Made by a program: the position numbers and the translations under genes. A stretch of 64,000 nt of DNA from Patescibacteria group bacterium (GTDB lineage: Bacteria; Patescibacteriota; JABMPQ01; JAHIRA01), in the NCBI GenBank assembly GCA_018818205.1, contig JAHISJ010000023.1, positions 173,428 to 237,427 on the forward strand, in the 5' to 3' direction. The notes beneath the pieces were generated by a model. The model saw nothing but the letters and a program-made list of their open reading frames with translations, made no database searches and was not told where the DNA came from. This document shows, piece by piece, positions 38,406 through 48,232 of this stretch; position 1 is the stretch's first letter, and each line of letters opens with the position of its first letter.

Positions 38406-39503
38406 CTACTTTTGGTGCAACTCATGCCATCTTAAAGCAAGGAATGGATCCCACATCATTCCTGTAGCAGACATAGCAACATCCGCTCCACTTTCCAAAA
38501 AGAGATCAAAATGTTCTGGAAGGGTAATACCACCAACGCCAACAAGTTCTAGACCAAGTTTTTGGGTATCATTTATCTCACGTGCGGCATGAACATACGC
38601 AAGGGCAAGCTTTTGGATAGGCTCACCACAGACACCGCTTGTTTCTCTGCCTTCACCAAGCGCAGGTTTATCTCCGTCCATTACCTTCATGCCAATAGTA
38701 TTTATACCTGATACACCTCTAGCTCCTGCTTTTGCAGCTTCAACAAAAGTCTCTCTCATCTCCTCTTGATCTTTAAAATACCCAACTTTAATAAGAAGAG
38801 GAATATCACCAATTTCACGTACAATTCGTGAACATAATTCATGTACCGTCTTTGGGTTTGTGTAAATGCTGCCTTCACCCGTTGCCACGTTTGGACATGA
38901 AAAATTGGCTTCAATAGCTTTTGCTCCCGACTCTTTTGCAAGAGCAGCAGCTCTTGCAAAATCAGCAACAAAATCCTCGCCATCACGAGGGGTCCCCACC
39001 ACGGAAGCTACAAGAAGTTGCCCCTCTTGAATCTCACCAATAGCTCGTGAAAGATCCTCAAGTACATACTGTTCACTTTGCGAAGGCATACCAAATGAAT
39101 TGGTTACTGCAAGCATAGCCATATTTTCCGGCTGATTCATCTTCTGAGGTATTTCTTCATTAATCTGACGCTCCTCAATAGGCCCTATTGTGTCGACATA
39201 AACCATGTTTGGGGCAGGTTGTGAAGGATGCTCTCCAGTTCTGATTGTTTTATATGTCACAATATCAAAGCCAAGTTTACTCGCTAGCGTGGTCCATTTT
39301 GAATTCAAAAGTGGACCTGCAGGAACACCAAGTGGACTAGCAACGTTTATTCCCAGAAAATCGATCCAATCCTCTTTTGGTGGCATTTCTCGTTTTGGAA
39401 TTTCTGCATCAAAGAATGGCCCTTCGGCAAAGTTTTCGTCATACGTTTTATGTATGTCATATATCGGTTTCCTATCCGGAAACCATTTTGGCACAGTATC
39501 CAT
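38406..39503 (-). CDS. Dihydroorotate dehydrogenase-family (PyrD/dihydropyrimidine dehydrogenase-like) TIM-barrel flavoenzyme
   Basis: Family motif ANFSCPNV (N-x-SCPN), LGVPAGPL...VTYKTIR early in the barrel, and a GGI block near the C-terminus. 365 aa with an N-terminal extension. Confidence 0.6.
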   Translation of the reverse strand: MDTVPKWFPDRKPIYDIHKTYDENFAEGPFFDAEIPKREMPPKEDWIDFLGINVASPLGVPAGPLLNSKWTTLASKLGFDIVTYKTIRTGEHPSQPAPNMVYVDTIGPIEERQINEEIPQKMNQPENMAMLAVTNSFGMPSQSEQYVLEDLSRAIGEIQEGQLLVASVVGTPRDGEDFVADFARAAALAKESGAKAIEANFSCPNVATGEGSIYTNPKTVHELCSRIVREIGDIPLLIKVGYFKDQEEMRETFVEAAKAGARGVSGINTIGMKVMDGDKPALGEGRETSGVCGEPIQKLALAYVHAAREINDTQKLGLELVGVGGITLPEHFDLFLESGADVAMSATGMMWDPFLALRWHELHQK

Positions 39504-39506
39504 ATG

Positions 39507-40844
39507 TTATGGTTTTAGTTGAGTTAGATATTTATTTGAAACAAGCTTTTTATACTCTTGTTTACTCATAATGCCTCTTTTCTCAAGCACCTCTGCGAGC
39601 GGTACTTCTGTTTTTTGTACCTCTTTTAATACATCAACTGCAGAATCATATCCTATTTTTGGAGTCAGAGCAGTAATAAGGGTAAAGCTATTTTCAACTA
39701 AAAATTCACACCTCTTCCTATCTACTCTAAGTTTTTTTAGGCCTCTTTCTGTAAATTTATTTACCCCTTTGATCATAAGATCCAATGATTCAAAAAGCGT
39801 TTTTGCGACAACCGGGAGCATAACGTTAAGTTCCAGCTGACCGGACTGAACCGCCATGAATATTGTCGTGTTGTTACCAATGACCTGAAACGCAACCTGA
39901 TTTAAAAGCTCAGACATGACGGGGTTTACTTTACCGGGCATAATAGAAGATCCTGCCTGAAGCTTAGAAAAACTAATTTCACCAAATCCCGCCTTAGGGC
40001 CTGATGAAAGAAGACGTAAATCGTTCATGCACTTGCAGATATTAATACTTGCAATTGCTAGCATGGCGCTTACCTCAGCAAAACAATCATGATACTGCGT
40101 TGCATACACTAAATTATCTGCACGCTTAAGCGGGTAACCAGTTTCATGAGCAAGTTTAGCAATAATACTGTTTGCAAAAGTTGCAGTTGCATTAAGTCCA
40201 GTACCAATTGCAGTACCGCCAAGATTTACTGAGTATAACGTCTTTTTTACGGCTTTAAACCGTCTTATATCCTCATTTATTGCTCGTGCATGCGCACCAA
40301 ACTCTTGCCCTAACGTAATGGGAATAGCGTCTTGTAAATGCGTTCTTCCAACCTTGAGAATGTCTTTGTATTCTTTTGATTTAGCATCAAACTCTTTATA
40401 ATATTCCTCGTATGTTTCAATAAGCGCATCAAGATAGTAGAGCGCTGTAATCTTCATTGCAGAAGGCACAACATCATTGGTTGACTGAGCTTTATTCACA
40501 TCATCAATTGCATGCACTTCTTCTTTGTCTTTTAGAATCTGACTGGCGCGCGTTGCGATAATCTCATTAACATTCATATTCATTGACGTACCTGCACCGC
40601 CTTGAAGCTCATCAACAACAATGTCTTCATCATGATCGCCTTTAAGAACTTCATCTGCAGCTTTTGCTATGGCACGACCTTTGACAGGACGTAGTGTCCT
40701 TTGCTCAGTATGCGTTTTTGCAGCACATTTCTTTATACGTGCAATATTCTTTGCAAGCTCAATAGAAAATGGTCTCCCAGTAAACTGAAAATTATTCAAA
40801 GCCTTCTTTGTTTCTTTTTGGTAGAGCATTAGGATAATAATCAA
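39507..40844 (-). CDS. Aspartate ammonia-lyase / class II fumarate hydratase family protein
   Basis: Signature GSSIMPGKVNPVMSE (GSSxMPxKxNP) and the N-terminal RIERD-type region (RPFSIELAKNIARIKKCAA). 445 aa. Confidence 0.85.
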   Translation of the reverse strand: MIIILMLYQKETKKALNNFQFTGRPFSIELAKNIARIKKCAAKTHTEQRTLRPVKGRAIAKAADEVLKGDHDEDIVVDELQGGAGTSMNMNVNEIIATRASQILKDKEEVHAIDDVNKAQSTNDVVPSAMKITALYYLDALIETYEEYYKEFDAKSKEYKDILKVGRTHLQDAIPITLGQEFGAHARAINEDIRRFKAVKKTLYSVNLGGTAIGTGLNATATFANSIIAKLAHETGYPLKRADNLVYATQYHDCFAEVSAMLAIASINICKCMNDLRLLSSGPKAGFGEISFSKLQAGSSIMPGKVNPVMSELLNQVAFQVIGNNTTIFMAVQSGQLELNVMLPVVAKTLFESLDLMIKGVNKFTERGLKKLRVDRKRCEFLVENSFTLITALTPKIGYDSAVDVLKEVQKTEVPLAEVLEKRGIMSKQEYKKLVSNKYLTQLKP

Positions 40845-40966
40845 ATAATTATATAATCAGTGTATAAAATATACATCTCTTTTGCAAGGAAGAAAAACAT
40901 GCCTTTTTGTTTTATAAATACTCTCAATTATGCTACGATTACAATAAGAAAATATAAAAACCATTT

Positions 40967-41407
40967 ATGACTATTGCAATCTGTGGTAGCCTCGATTTTA
41001 CTAAAGAGATTAAAAAACTTGCGGATGAATTAAAGAGCAAAGGATTTACCGTCAAAATACCCTTAACGTCAGAAAAAATACTCAAAGGGCAACTCACCGT
41101 TCAAGATATCAAAAAAGAAAAAAAGGAAGGACAGTTTGCAAAACGGGCAATAAAATATGACTCAATAAGAAAATATTGGAACATTATTGTAAAATCCGAT
41201 GTCATTTTGGTAGCAAACTATGACAAAAATGACATTAAAAATTACATTGGCGGTAACTCATTTTTAGAAATGGGTTTTGCACATGTATTAGAAAAGCCAA
41301 TATATTTGCTAAACGGCATCCCAAAAATCATGTACCGCGATGAGATTGAAGCAATGCAGCCAATCAGCTTAAAAGGCACATTAGAAAACCTTCATCTAAA
41401 TCCATGA
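40967..41407 (+). CDS. Nucleoside 2-deoxyribosyltransferase-like protein
   Basis: 146 aa. N-terminal IAICGS Rossmann start and C-terminal GGNSFLEMGFAHVLEKPIYLL, resembling the D..GTxxExGxAxALGKPV motif of the PF05014 family. Confidence 0.45.
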   Translation: MTIAICGSLDFTKEIKKLADELKSKGFTVKIPLTSEKILKGQLTVQDIKKEKKEGQFAKRAIKYDSIRKYWNIIVKSDVILVANYDKNDIKNYIGGNSFLEMGFAHVLEKPIYLLNGIPKIMYRDEIEAMQPISLKGTLENLHLNP

Positions 41408-42396
41408 ATGTAGTCACCGGCGCGGCAGGCCACATTGGAAACGTATTATGCAGAGAACTTCTTAAAAAAGGTGAGAAGGTTCGTGCTGTTGTGCTTCCTG
41501 GAGAAGACACTCGTTCACTTGATGGCTTAGACGTCGAAAAGGTAGAGGGAGATATACTCGACAAGAACTTTCTAAAAACACTCTGTAAAGACGTAAATCA
41601 TGTATACCACCTTGCGGCTATTGTCTCCATAACAAGGAAAATGAAATCGATGATGGAGAAAGTTAACGTCGAGGGAACTAGAAATATTATTGAAGTATGC
41701 AAGGAATGTAATGTACAAAGACTTATCTACACGAGCAGTATTCATGCATTTATTGAACCACCAAAAGGTACGCTTATTGATGAAGCTGGCGAGATAAATC
41801 CACAGAAAACAGTAGGCGACTACGCTAAGACAAAAGCGCAAGCTACACTTGAGGTTTTAAAAGCTGCAAAAAACGGATTAGATGCTGTTATTGTCTGTCC
41901 ATCCGGTGTAATGGGCCCTTTTGATTATAGACCTTCAGAGATGGGTCAACTCTTTATTGATTTTGCTGAAAGAAGACTTAAGGCGTACGTAGAAGGAGCC
42001 TATGACTTTGTAGATGTAAGAGACATTGCCCATGGACATATCTTAGCGGCAGAAAAAGGCAACAGTGGAGAAATCTATATTATGTCCGGAGAACTAATCT
42101 CAATCACGGATATCCTTCATTACTTGGAGGAAATAACCGGTGTAAAAGCACCATGGTTTAAACTTCAATACTGGTTTGCCTGGTGGACTGAGCCACTTGC
42201 ACAAATATATTATACACTTGCAAAACAACGACCACTCTTTACTCGATATTCATTATATACACTTACCAGTAACGCAAACGTCAATGATAGAAAAGCTAGA
42301 GAAGAACTTGGTTATACTTCTAGGCCACTTGAGCAGTCTATCAAAGATACCGTTATGTGGCTAACGGATCAGGGAATGCTGATTATACATACATAG
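41404..42396 (+). CDS. NAD(P)-dependent epimerase/dehydratase (extended SDR) family protein
   Basis: N-terminal VTGAAGHIGNVLCREL (GxxGxxG) and catalytic YxxxK (YAKTK). 330 aa. It overlaps the upstream gene by 4 nt. Confidence 0.75.
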   Translation: MNVVTGAAGHIGNVLCRELLKKGEKVRAVVLPGEDTRSLDGLDVEKVEGDILDKNFLKTLCKDVNHVYHLAAIVSITRKMKSMMEKVNVEGTRNIIEVCKECNVQRLIYTSSIHAFIEPPKGTLIDEAGEINPQKTVGDYAKTKAQATLEVLKAAKNGLDAVIVCPSGVMGPFDYRPSEMGQLFIDFAERRLKAYVEGAYDFVDVRDIAHGHILAAEKGNSGEIYIMSGELISITDILHYLEEITGVKAPWFKLQYWFAWWTEPLAQIYYTLAKQRPLFTRYSLYTLTSNANVNDRKAREELGYTSRPLEQSIKDTVMWLTDQGMLIIHT

Positions 42397-42512
42397 AAAT
42401 CGATCACTAATAATCTGTCTTTACAAAAGTAATCAAAATTGTACACATAAATATGGCTTTCCCGTCAAAGGCTCGCGTTCTATGATGGAGTGTTATCACT
42501 AATAAAAAACAC

Positions 42513-43847
42513 GTGGATCATGAAATTTTCAACAAGATAAAGGAGGATAATGTTCGGTTTATTCAACTGCAATTTTCAGACATTTTAGGATTGGTTAAAA
42601 ATGTAACGATTCCACTACGTGAGCTTGCCAGTGCGTTTGAACATGGAATATGGTTTGATGGGTCATCGATTGAAGGTTTTGCTCGCATTGCAGAAAGTGA
42701 CATGTACTTAAAACCGGATCAAAATACCTACGCAGTTATTCCGTGGCTCAACTCAAAAGATGGAAATACTGCACGTTTTATCTGTGACATCTTTAATCCT
42801 GACAGTACCCCTTTTGAAGGATGTCCAAGGCGCATTCTCAAAAAAGCGATAGAAGAAGCCGCATCTCTGGGATATACATACAACACCGGTCCAGAACTTG
42901 AATTCCATCTTTTTAAGAAGAACGAACAAGGCGAGATTAAACCACTTCCCTATGACCGCGCAGGGTATTTTGACTTAACAACAGACCAGGCCTATGAGAT
43001 TAGAAGAGAAATGACCATCACCCTAGAGAAATTTGGCATCTATGTGGAAACAACACACCATGAAGTTGCCGTAGGGCAACATGAAATTAATTTCAAGTTT
43101 GATAACGCACTTACTACCGCCGACAATGCTATTACTCTTAGATTTGTACTCAAAGCCATCGCCCAAAAATATGATCTTCATGCTACGTTCATGCCAAAAC
43201 CAATTGCAGGCATTGCTGGAAACGCCATGCACGTACACCAAAGTCTCTTTAATGTAGCAAGTTCTACAAACGCATTTTATCACGATGACGACAAATACAA
43301 TCTTTCAAAAACGGCATATAATTTTATTGGGGGGCAACTTGAGCACATTAAAGGTATGGCTGCAATACTATCCCCAACGGTAAACTCGTACAAAAGACTT
43401 GTTCCAGGATACGAAGCTCCAGTATATATTAGTTGGGCACGTACAAACAGATCATCACTTATTCGTATTCCCTGTGCTGGTACAAAGTCTAGAAACGCAA
43501 CACGTGTAGAACTCAGATGCCCAGACCCAACGTGTAATATTTATCTTGCTTTTGCAGTCATGTTAAAAACCGGGCTTGATGGAATAAAAAGAAATATCTT
43601 ACCGCCAATGCCAAGAGAAGAAAATCTTTACGAGATAGCAAAAAATGATACAGTCGGCGGTGGGGTTGAGAGTCTTCCGGAATCTCTTGGAGAAGCGCTT
43701 GAGGAGCTAAAGAATAACCGCGTAGTACAGAGTGCGCTTGGTGATCACATTGTTGAACGATATATAGAGGCAAAGGCAAAAGAGTGGGAAAAATACTGTA
43801 CATATGTCTCTCCATGGGAAATTGATAGATACCTTGAACAGTATTAA
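42513..43847 (+). CDS. glnA: Glutamine synthetase (type I-like, 444 aa)
   Basis: GS beta-grasp N-domain (IRFIQLQFSDILG) and catalytic-domain motifs (KPIAGIAGNAMHVHQSLF, NSYKRLVPGYEAP, SIRIP). GTG start at 42513. Confidence 0.85.
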   Translation: MDHEIFNKIKEDNVRFIQLQFSDILGLVKNVTIPLRELASAFEHGIWFDGSSIEGFARIAESDMYLKPDQNTYAVIPWLNSKDGNTARFICDIFNPDSTPFEGCPRRILKKAIEEAASLGYTYNTGPELEFHLFKKNEQGEIKPLPYDRAGYFDLTTDQAYEIRREMTITLEKFGIYVETTHHEVAVGQHEINFKFDNALTTADNAITLRFVLKAIAQKYDLHATFMPKPIAGIAGNAMHVHQSLFNVASSTNAFYHDDDKYNLSKTAYNFIGGQLEHIKGMAAILSPTVNSYKRLVPGYEAPVYISWARTNRSSLIRIPCAGTKSRNATRVELRCPDPTCNIYLAFAVMLKTGLDGIKRNILPPMPREENLYEIAKNDTVGGGVESLPESLGEALEELKNNRVVQSALGDHIVERYIEAKAKEWEKYCTYVSPWEIDRYLEQY

Positions 43848-43888
43848 TCAAAGCTATCTCAAAAAAAGAAAAGTAATATAATACACAC

Positions 43889-44962
43889 GTGCGATACAAA
43901 AAAATTGTTATAAAAATTGGCACAAGCGTCATAACAGATGAAAATGGTTATCTTGATTTACCACGAATCAAGAATATTGTTGAGCAAATAGCACAGATTA
44001 GAAAAGAGGGAGTTGATGTAATTGTCGTCCTTTCTGGAGCGGTAACCGCTGGTAAAACATTATTTCAAGAGGCAAAGCCAGTCACGTCACCAAAAGAAAA
44101 GCAGCTATACGCATCAGTTGGTCAGATATCACTCATGAACTATTTTTCTAAGCAATTTTTTGACAAAAAAATAACCATTGGTCAAATTTTGGCAACTAAG
44201 GAAGATTTTAGGGATAGAAAACACTACTTAAACATGAGAAGTTGTTTTGAAGCACTTTTGGGAAAAGAGGTAATTCCTGTCGTCAACGAAAACGATGCAA
44301 TTTCATTCCACGGAGCCACATTTACGGATAATGATGAGCTTGCGGGGCTTATTGCCTCTATGCTTAACTGTGACGCATTGATTGTACTAACCGATGTAGA
44401 TGGTGTGTGCGACAAGCATCCAAAGCATAAAGATGCTAAATGTCTCACTAAAGTCGACCCCAAAGAAACAAACGTTTTTGACTTTATTACGAGTGAAAAA
44501 TCAAGTTGTGGCACCGGAGGCATGTTTTCGAAGTGTAAAATTGCAACGCGACTTTCCGCAATAGGCATAGGCACACACATTGTAAATGGCACAAAAGAAA
44601 ATATTATTTCAAGCGTCATGGAAGGGAAGCTGGTTGGCACTGAATTTGTTGCACAAAAAAATATTTCGAGTATGAAGCGGTGGCTTGCCAATTCTCAAGG
44701 ACATGAAGTTGGTTCAGTATTTATTAACGAAGGCGCAAAAGAAAAACTCCTCACTAATGGATCGGTAAGCTTATTGCCTGTTGGTATAATCAGTGTTGAG
44801 GGTGAATTTGAAAAAGGTGATATCATTGCAATTAAGACCGAGTACAACCAGGTTCTTGGTAGAGGTGTTGCGCAATACAACAGTTCAAAAGCAGGAGCAC
44901 TTATGGGTAAAAAAGGTGAAAAACCGTTAGTGCGCTGCGACTATTTATTCATAATAGAATGA
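43889..44962 (+). CDS. proB: Glutamate 5-kinase with C-terminal PUA domain
   Basis: N-terminal IVIKIGTSVITDENG, amino-acid kinase fold motifs, and a C-terminal PUA segment (GSVFINEGAKEKL...GDIIAI). GTG start. Confidence 0.85.
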   Translation: MRYKKIVIKIGTSVITDENGYLDLPRIKNIVEQIAQIRKEGVDVIVVLSGAVTAGKTLFQEAKPVTSPKEKQLYASVGQISLMNYFSKQFFDKKITIGQILATKEDFRDRKHYLNMRSCFEALLGKEVIPVVNENDAISFHGATFTDNDELAGLIASMLNCDALIVLTDVDGVCDKHPKHKDAKCLTKVDPKETNVFDFITSEKSSCGTGGMFSKCKIATRLSAIGIGTHIVNGTKENIISSVMEGKLVGTEFVAQKNISSMKRWLANSQGHEVGSVFINEGAKEKLLTNGSVSLLPVGIISVEGEFEKGDIIAIKTEYNQVLGRGVAQYNSSKAGALMGKKGEKPLVRCDYLFIIE

Positions 44963-47040
44963 GAAAAATAACAGTAGGAATTATTGGTGCAGGTAATATG
45001 GGAACCGCTTTTTATAATGGCATCAAAAAATCATATCCAAGCATGTCACTGTATGTTTTTGACACCAACCAAAAAAAGCTCGACCATTTCTTAAAAAAAG
45101 AACAAACAAGCTCAATTCCATCGTTGATAGAAAAATCAAGTTATGTCATTATTGCGGTCAAGCCTCAACTATTTGACGAAGTCGCAAAGGCGATTCCAAA
45201 AGATACGCTAGATACTGTATTTATCTCAATAATGGCTGGAGTCTCGCTCAAGACACTAAAAAAATCACTCAAAACAAGTAAGGTTGTTAGATCTATGCCT
45301 AATTTAGCCATTAGTATTCAAGAAGGCTTAACTGGGTGGCTAGCAACAAAAAGCGTTTCTAGCAAAGAAAAGAAAGAAGTCTCTGAAATTCTTTCTTCAC
45401 TCGGTACAGAGATTGAGGTAAAAGACGAGGAAGGCATTGATAAAATTACTGCACTCTCTGGATCAGGTCCTGCATATTTCTTCCACCTTACCGAGTGTAT
45501 TCAAAAGCAGGCTGAGAAATGGGGATTTACTACAAAAGAGGCACAAAAAATGGCCGTTCAAACGTTATCCGGAAGCGCTCACATTCTTAAAGAAAGCAAA
45601 GAAACTCCCGGAGTGTGGAAGGACCGAGTTACTTCAAAGGGTGGTACGACTGAAGCTGCTCTTAAGTATCTCATAAAAAAGAAGTGGGATACTATTTTTA
45701 AAGATGCGCTAAAAGAAGCGTATAATCACTCAAAAAAACTTAAAGACGCAAGATTTTGTAGAGACGCAGAATTGTGTAGAGACGCAAGATTTTGCGTCTC
45801 TACACAATTTTCAAAGGTAAAACAAGCAAGCAAAGCCCTTGCTACACTAAGTAATGATGCAAAAAATACTCTCCTAAGCGAACTTGCTTCTTATGTTGTC
45901 GAAAAAGAAAAGAGTATCCTTGATGCAAATAAAAAAGATTTGAGCAAGATGGACAAAGATGATCCTAGTTATGACAGACTCCTTCTTACCAGTGAACGAA
46001 TAGCTGGTATTGCTGGAGATATCAAAAACGTTATAGCTCTTGATTCACCGCTTCATCTCACGCTTGATTCTTACACCCATCCAAACGGTCTCAAGATAAA
46101 CAAAATTTCAGTCCCTTTCGGAGTAATCGGTGTGATTTATGAAGCACGGCCAAACGTAACCCTCGATGTTTTTGCACTTTGTTTTAAATCCGGGAACGCC
46201 TGCATTCTTAAAGGAGGCGAGGAAGCACATGAATCAAACAAAGCAATAACCGCGCTGATTCATGATATTTTGCTAAAAAATGATATCAATACCGACTCTA
46301 TCCTTCTTCTTCCTCCCGACAAGGAATCTGTTAAACCTTTGCTGGAAGCTGAAGGAGAAGTCGACCTCATTATTCCGCGAGGAGGGCAAGGCTTAATTCA
46401 ATTCGTAAGAGAAAACGCAAAAGTACCTGTTATTGAAACAGGTGCAGGAATAGTACATACCTATTTTGACAAAGAAGGTGACGTAGAAAAGGGAAGAAAT
46501 ATTATTGAAAATGCTAAATGCAGAAGGCCAAGCGTTTGTAATGCATTAGACACACTTATAATTCATACAGACAGACTGGATGACCTATACTTTCTCATTG
46601 AGCCGCTCGAAGACCACTCCGTTGAAATATATGCTGATGAACAGTCATTTGAAGTGCTCGCTAAAAAATACAATCCTTCGTTACTAAAAAAAACAAAACC
46701 AGAAGATTTTGGCACAGAGTTTCTCTCCCTTAAAATGTCTATAAAGACAGTGCATTCTATAGATGAAGCACTAACACATATTGAAACGCATACTTCAAAG
46801 CATAGTGAAGCGATCATCACTGAAAACAAAGAAACGTCACAACTATTTCTCAACTCAGTTGATGCGGCAGCAGTCTACTCAAACGCCTCCACAGCATTCA
46901 CCGATGGCGCTCAGTTTGGTTTGGGCGCTGAAATTGGTATTAGCACCCAGAAGCTGCACGCGCGTGGTCCTATGGGGCTTAGAGAACTTACCACGTACAA
47001 ATGGGTAATTGAGGGTAATGGGCAGATCAGACCGGCATAA
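44959..47040 (+). CDS. Fused pyrroline-5-carboxylate reductase (ProC, residues ~1-255) and gamma-glutamyl-phosphate reductase (ProA, residues ~285-693)
   Basis: N-terminal ProC Rossmann GIIGAGNMGTAF... and dimerisation domain (GSGPAYFF...TSKGGTTEAAL). The C-terminal part has ProA/ALDH motifs (GNACILKGGEEAHESN, catalytic Cys in RRPSVCNALDTLI). The two parts are joined without a stop by the linker DARFCRDAELCRDARFCVSTQFS. Confidence 0.8.
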   Translation: MRKITVGIIGAGNMGTAFYNGIKKSYPSMSLYVFDTNQKKLDHFLKKEQTSSIPSLIEKSSYVIIAVKPQLFDEVAKAIPKDTLDTVFISIMAGVSLKTLKKSLKTSKVVRSMPNLAISIQEGLTGWLATKSVSSKEKKEVSEILSSLGTEIEVKDEEGIDKITALSGSGPAYFFHLTECIQKQAEKWGFTTKEAQKMAVQTLSGSAHILKESKETPGVWKDRVTSKGGTTEAALKYLIKKKWDTIFKDALKEAYNHSKKLKDARFCRDAELCRDARFCVSTQFSKVKQASKALATLSNDAKNTLLSELASYVVEKEKSILDANKKDLSKMDKDDPSYDRLLLTSERIAGIAGDIKNVIALDSPLHLTLDSYTHPNGLKINKISVPFGVIGVIYEARPNVTLDVFALCFKSGNACILKGGEEAHESNKAITALIHDILLKNDINTDSILLLPPDKESVKPLLEAEGEVDLIIPRGGQGLIQFVRENAKVPVIETGAGIVHTYFDKEGDVEKGRNIIENAKCRRPSVCNALDTLIIHTDRLDDLYFLIEPLEDHSVEIYADEQSFEVLAKKYNPSLLKKTKPEDFGTEFLSLKMSIKTVHSIDEALTHIETHTSKHSEAIITENKETSQLFLNSVDAAAVYSNASTAFTDGAQFGLGAEIGISTQKLHARGPMGLRELTTYKWVIEGNGQIRPA
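45770..45809. repeat. Perfect 18-bp inverted repeat (hairpin) with adjacent direct repeats inside the proC-proA linker
   Basis: aattgtgtagagacgcaa-gatt-ttgcgtctctacacaatt. The unit agacgcaagattttg also occurs at 45745-45759 and 45779-45793. Confidence 0.75.
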
Positions 47041-47101
47041 AAAGCCTCATCTGACAGTATAACCAATTCACTCTTAACATTTTTTTTGATATCATAAATC
47101 T

Positions 47102-48076
47102 ATGAACCCAGAACACCCCTCCTTCATTCCACTCCAAGAACAAGAAACTTCTTCTAACCTAGAAAAGTGGCTCTCTTCTGAACTCCCCAAGCAATACGAA
47201 GAAAAAGCCAAAGCGCTAAACGAACTGGGTCTTTTGGAAGTTCTTCCTGAGTGCGGAGAGATTGGCATTGTTGGCATTGATGGTAAAGAGTATCCGTTTC
47301 CATCAGAAGAACAGATCAAAGAAGAGATGCTTAAAAACAGAGAAGTCTTTGAAACAAAGATGAGACAAGGCTTCACTGAGCTTGAGATCACTCCATTTGG
47401 CCTGCCGCTTGAGAGACTCATGCACACTGCCAGACAAAGTATTTTTAAACACCACAAAGAAGGAAAGCTCTTTGGCACAAAGAAGAATCAAGATGATGAG
47501 TCGGAATCATTAGAACCCTTTGAGATTAATGAATACGAACCACTCTTTGTCTGGGAAGACCTAAAAGACGCAGACACACAAGGAACACTCATCTACTACC
47601 CTAAGAAGTTCTCAAAGAATCACCAAGGACTAACCAAACAAGAACTTCTTGACGCTTCGAAAGATTCTCCTTTCTCAGGTTTCACCGTCTATCTCAGAGA
47701 AAAAGACATCAACATCCCGGGAGAAGGACACGGTCAAACCCAAGAAGGCAGAACACAACTTGAAGCAGGGAAATCTTTAAAAGAATACTTTACCTTACTT
47801 CAAACTCAAGCAGAATATCAACACGAATCAGGTCAAACCCCTGAAGACTGGCTCACTCTTTTTTCAACCCACCTCAAAAAAACCAATCAAGTCATTGATG
47901 ACTATCAGTGGAATGGAAGGTATAGCTATCTTTTCGGGTCATACTATCCCGTTTCCGACGACATGCCGCGCGCGAGCTGGATTCGCGATGCTGGGCAGGC
48001 TGGCTTGGGCGGGTACGGTCCCGGGGACCTTTCTTTGGGTGCGGGGGTTCGCTCTGTGGTGAGGATAGGGACTTAG
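47102..48076 (+). CDS. Hypothetical protein (324 aa) with GC-rich 3' end
   Basis: A long ORF with higher GC and C-ending codons than its neighbours. The last ~40 codons (47950-48076) are ~65% GC, encoding ...PRASWIRDAGQAGLGGYGPGDLSLGAGVRSVVRIGT. Confidence 0.4.
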   Translation: MNPEHPSFIPLQEQETSSNLEKWLSSELPKQYEEKAKALNELGLLEVLPECGEIGIVGIDGKEYPFPSEEQIKEEMLKNREVFETKMRQGFTELEITPFGLPLERLMHTARQSIFKHHKEGKLFGTKKNQDDESESLEPFEINEYEPLFVWEDLKDADTQGTLIYYPKKFSKNHQGLTKQELLDASKDSPFSGFTVYLREKDINIPGEGHGQTQEGRTQLEAGKSLKEYFTLLQTQAEYQHESGQTPEDWLTLFSTHLKKTNQVIDDYQWNGRYSYLFGSYYPVSDDMPRASWIRDAGQAGLGGYGPGDLSLGAGVRSVVRIGT

Positions 48077-48232
48077 GACTTGAGTTTTGCTTTTTCTTTG
48101 ATTTATTACTTCATTTTTCCGGCTTGCGAGTCACAACTTTCTCATTTGATTTATCTCTCTTGTTTGCGTTTGTCCTCTATTTCACTTAAAATATAAATTG
48201 ATTCACACTACTTATTAACTAATAAAATCCAT

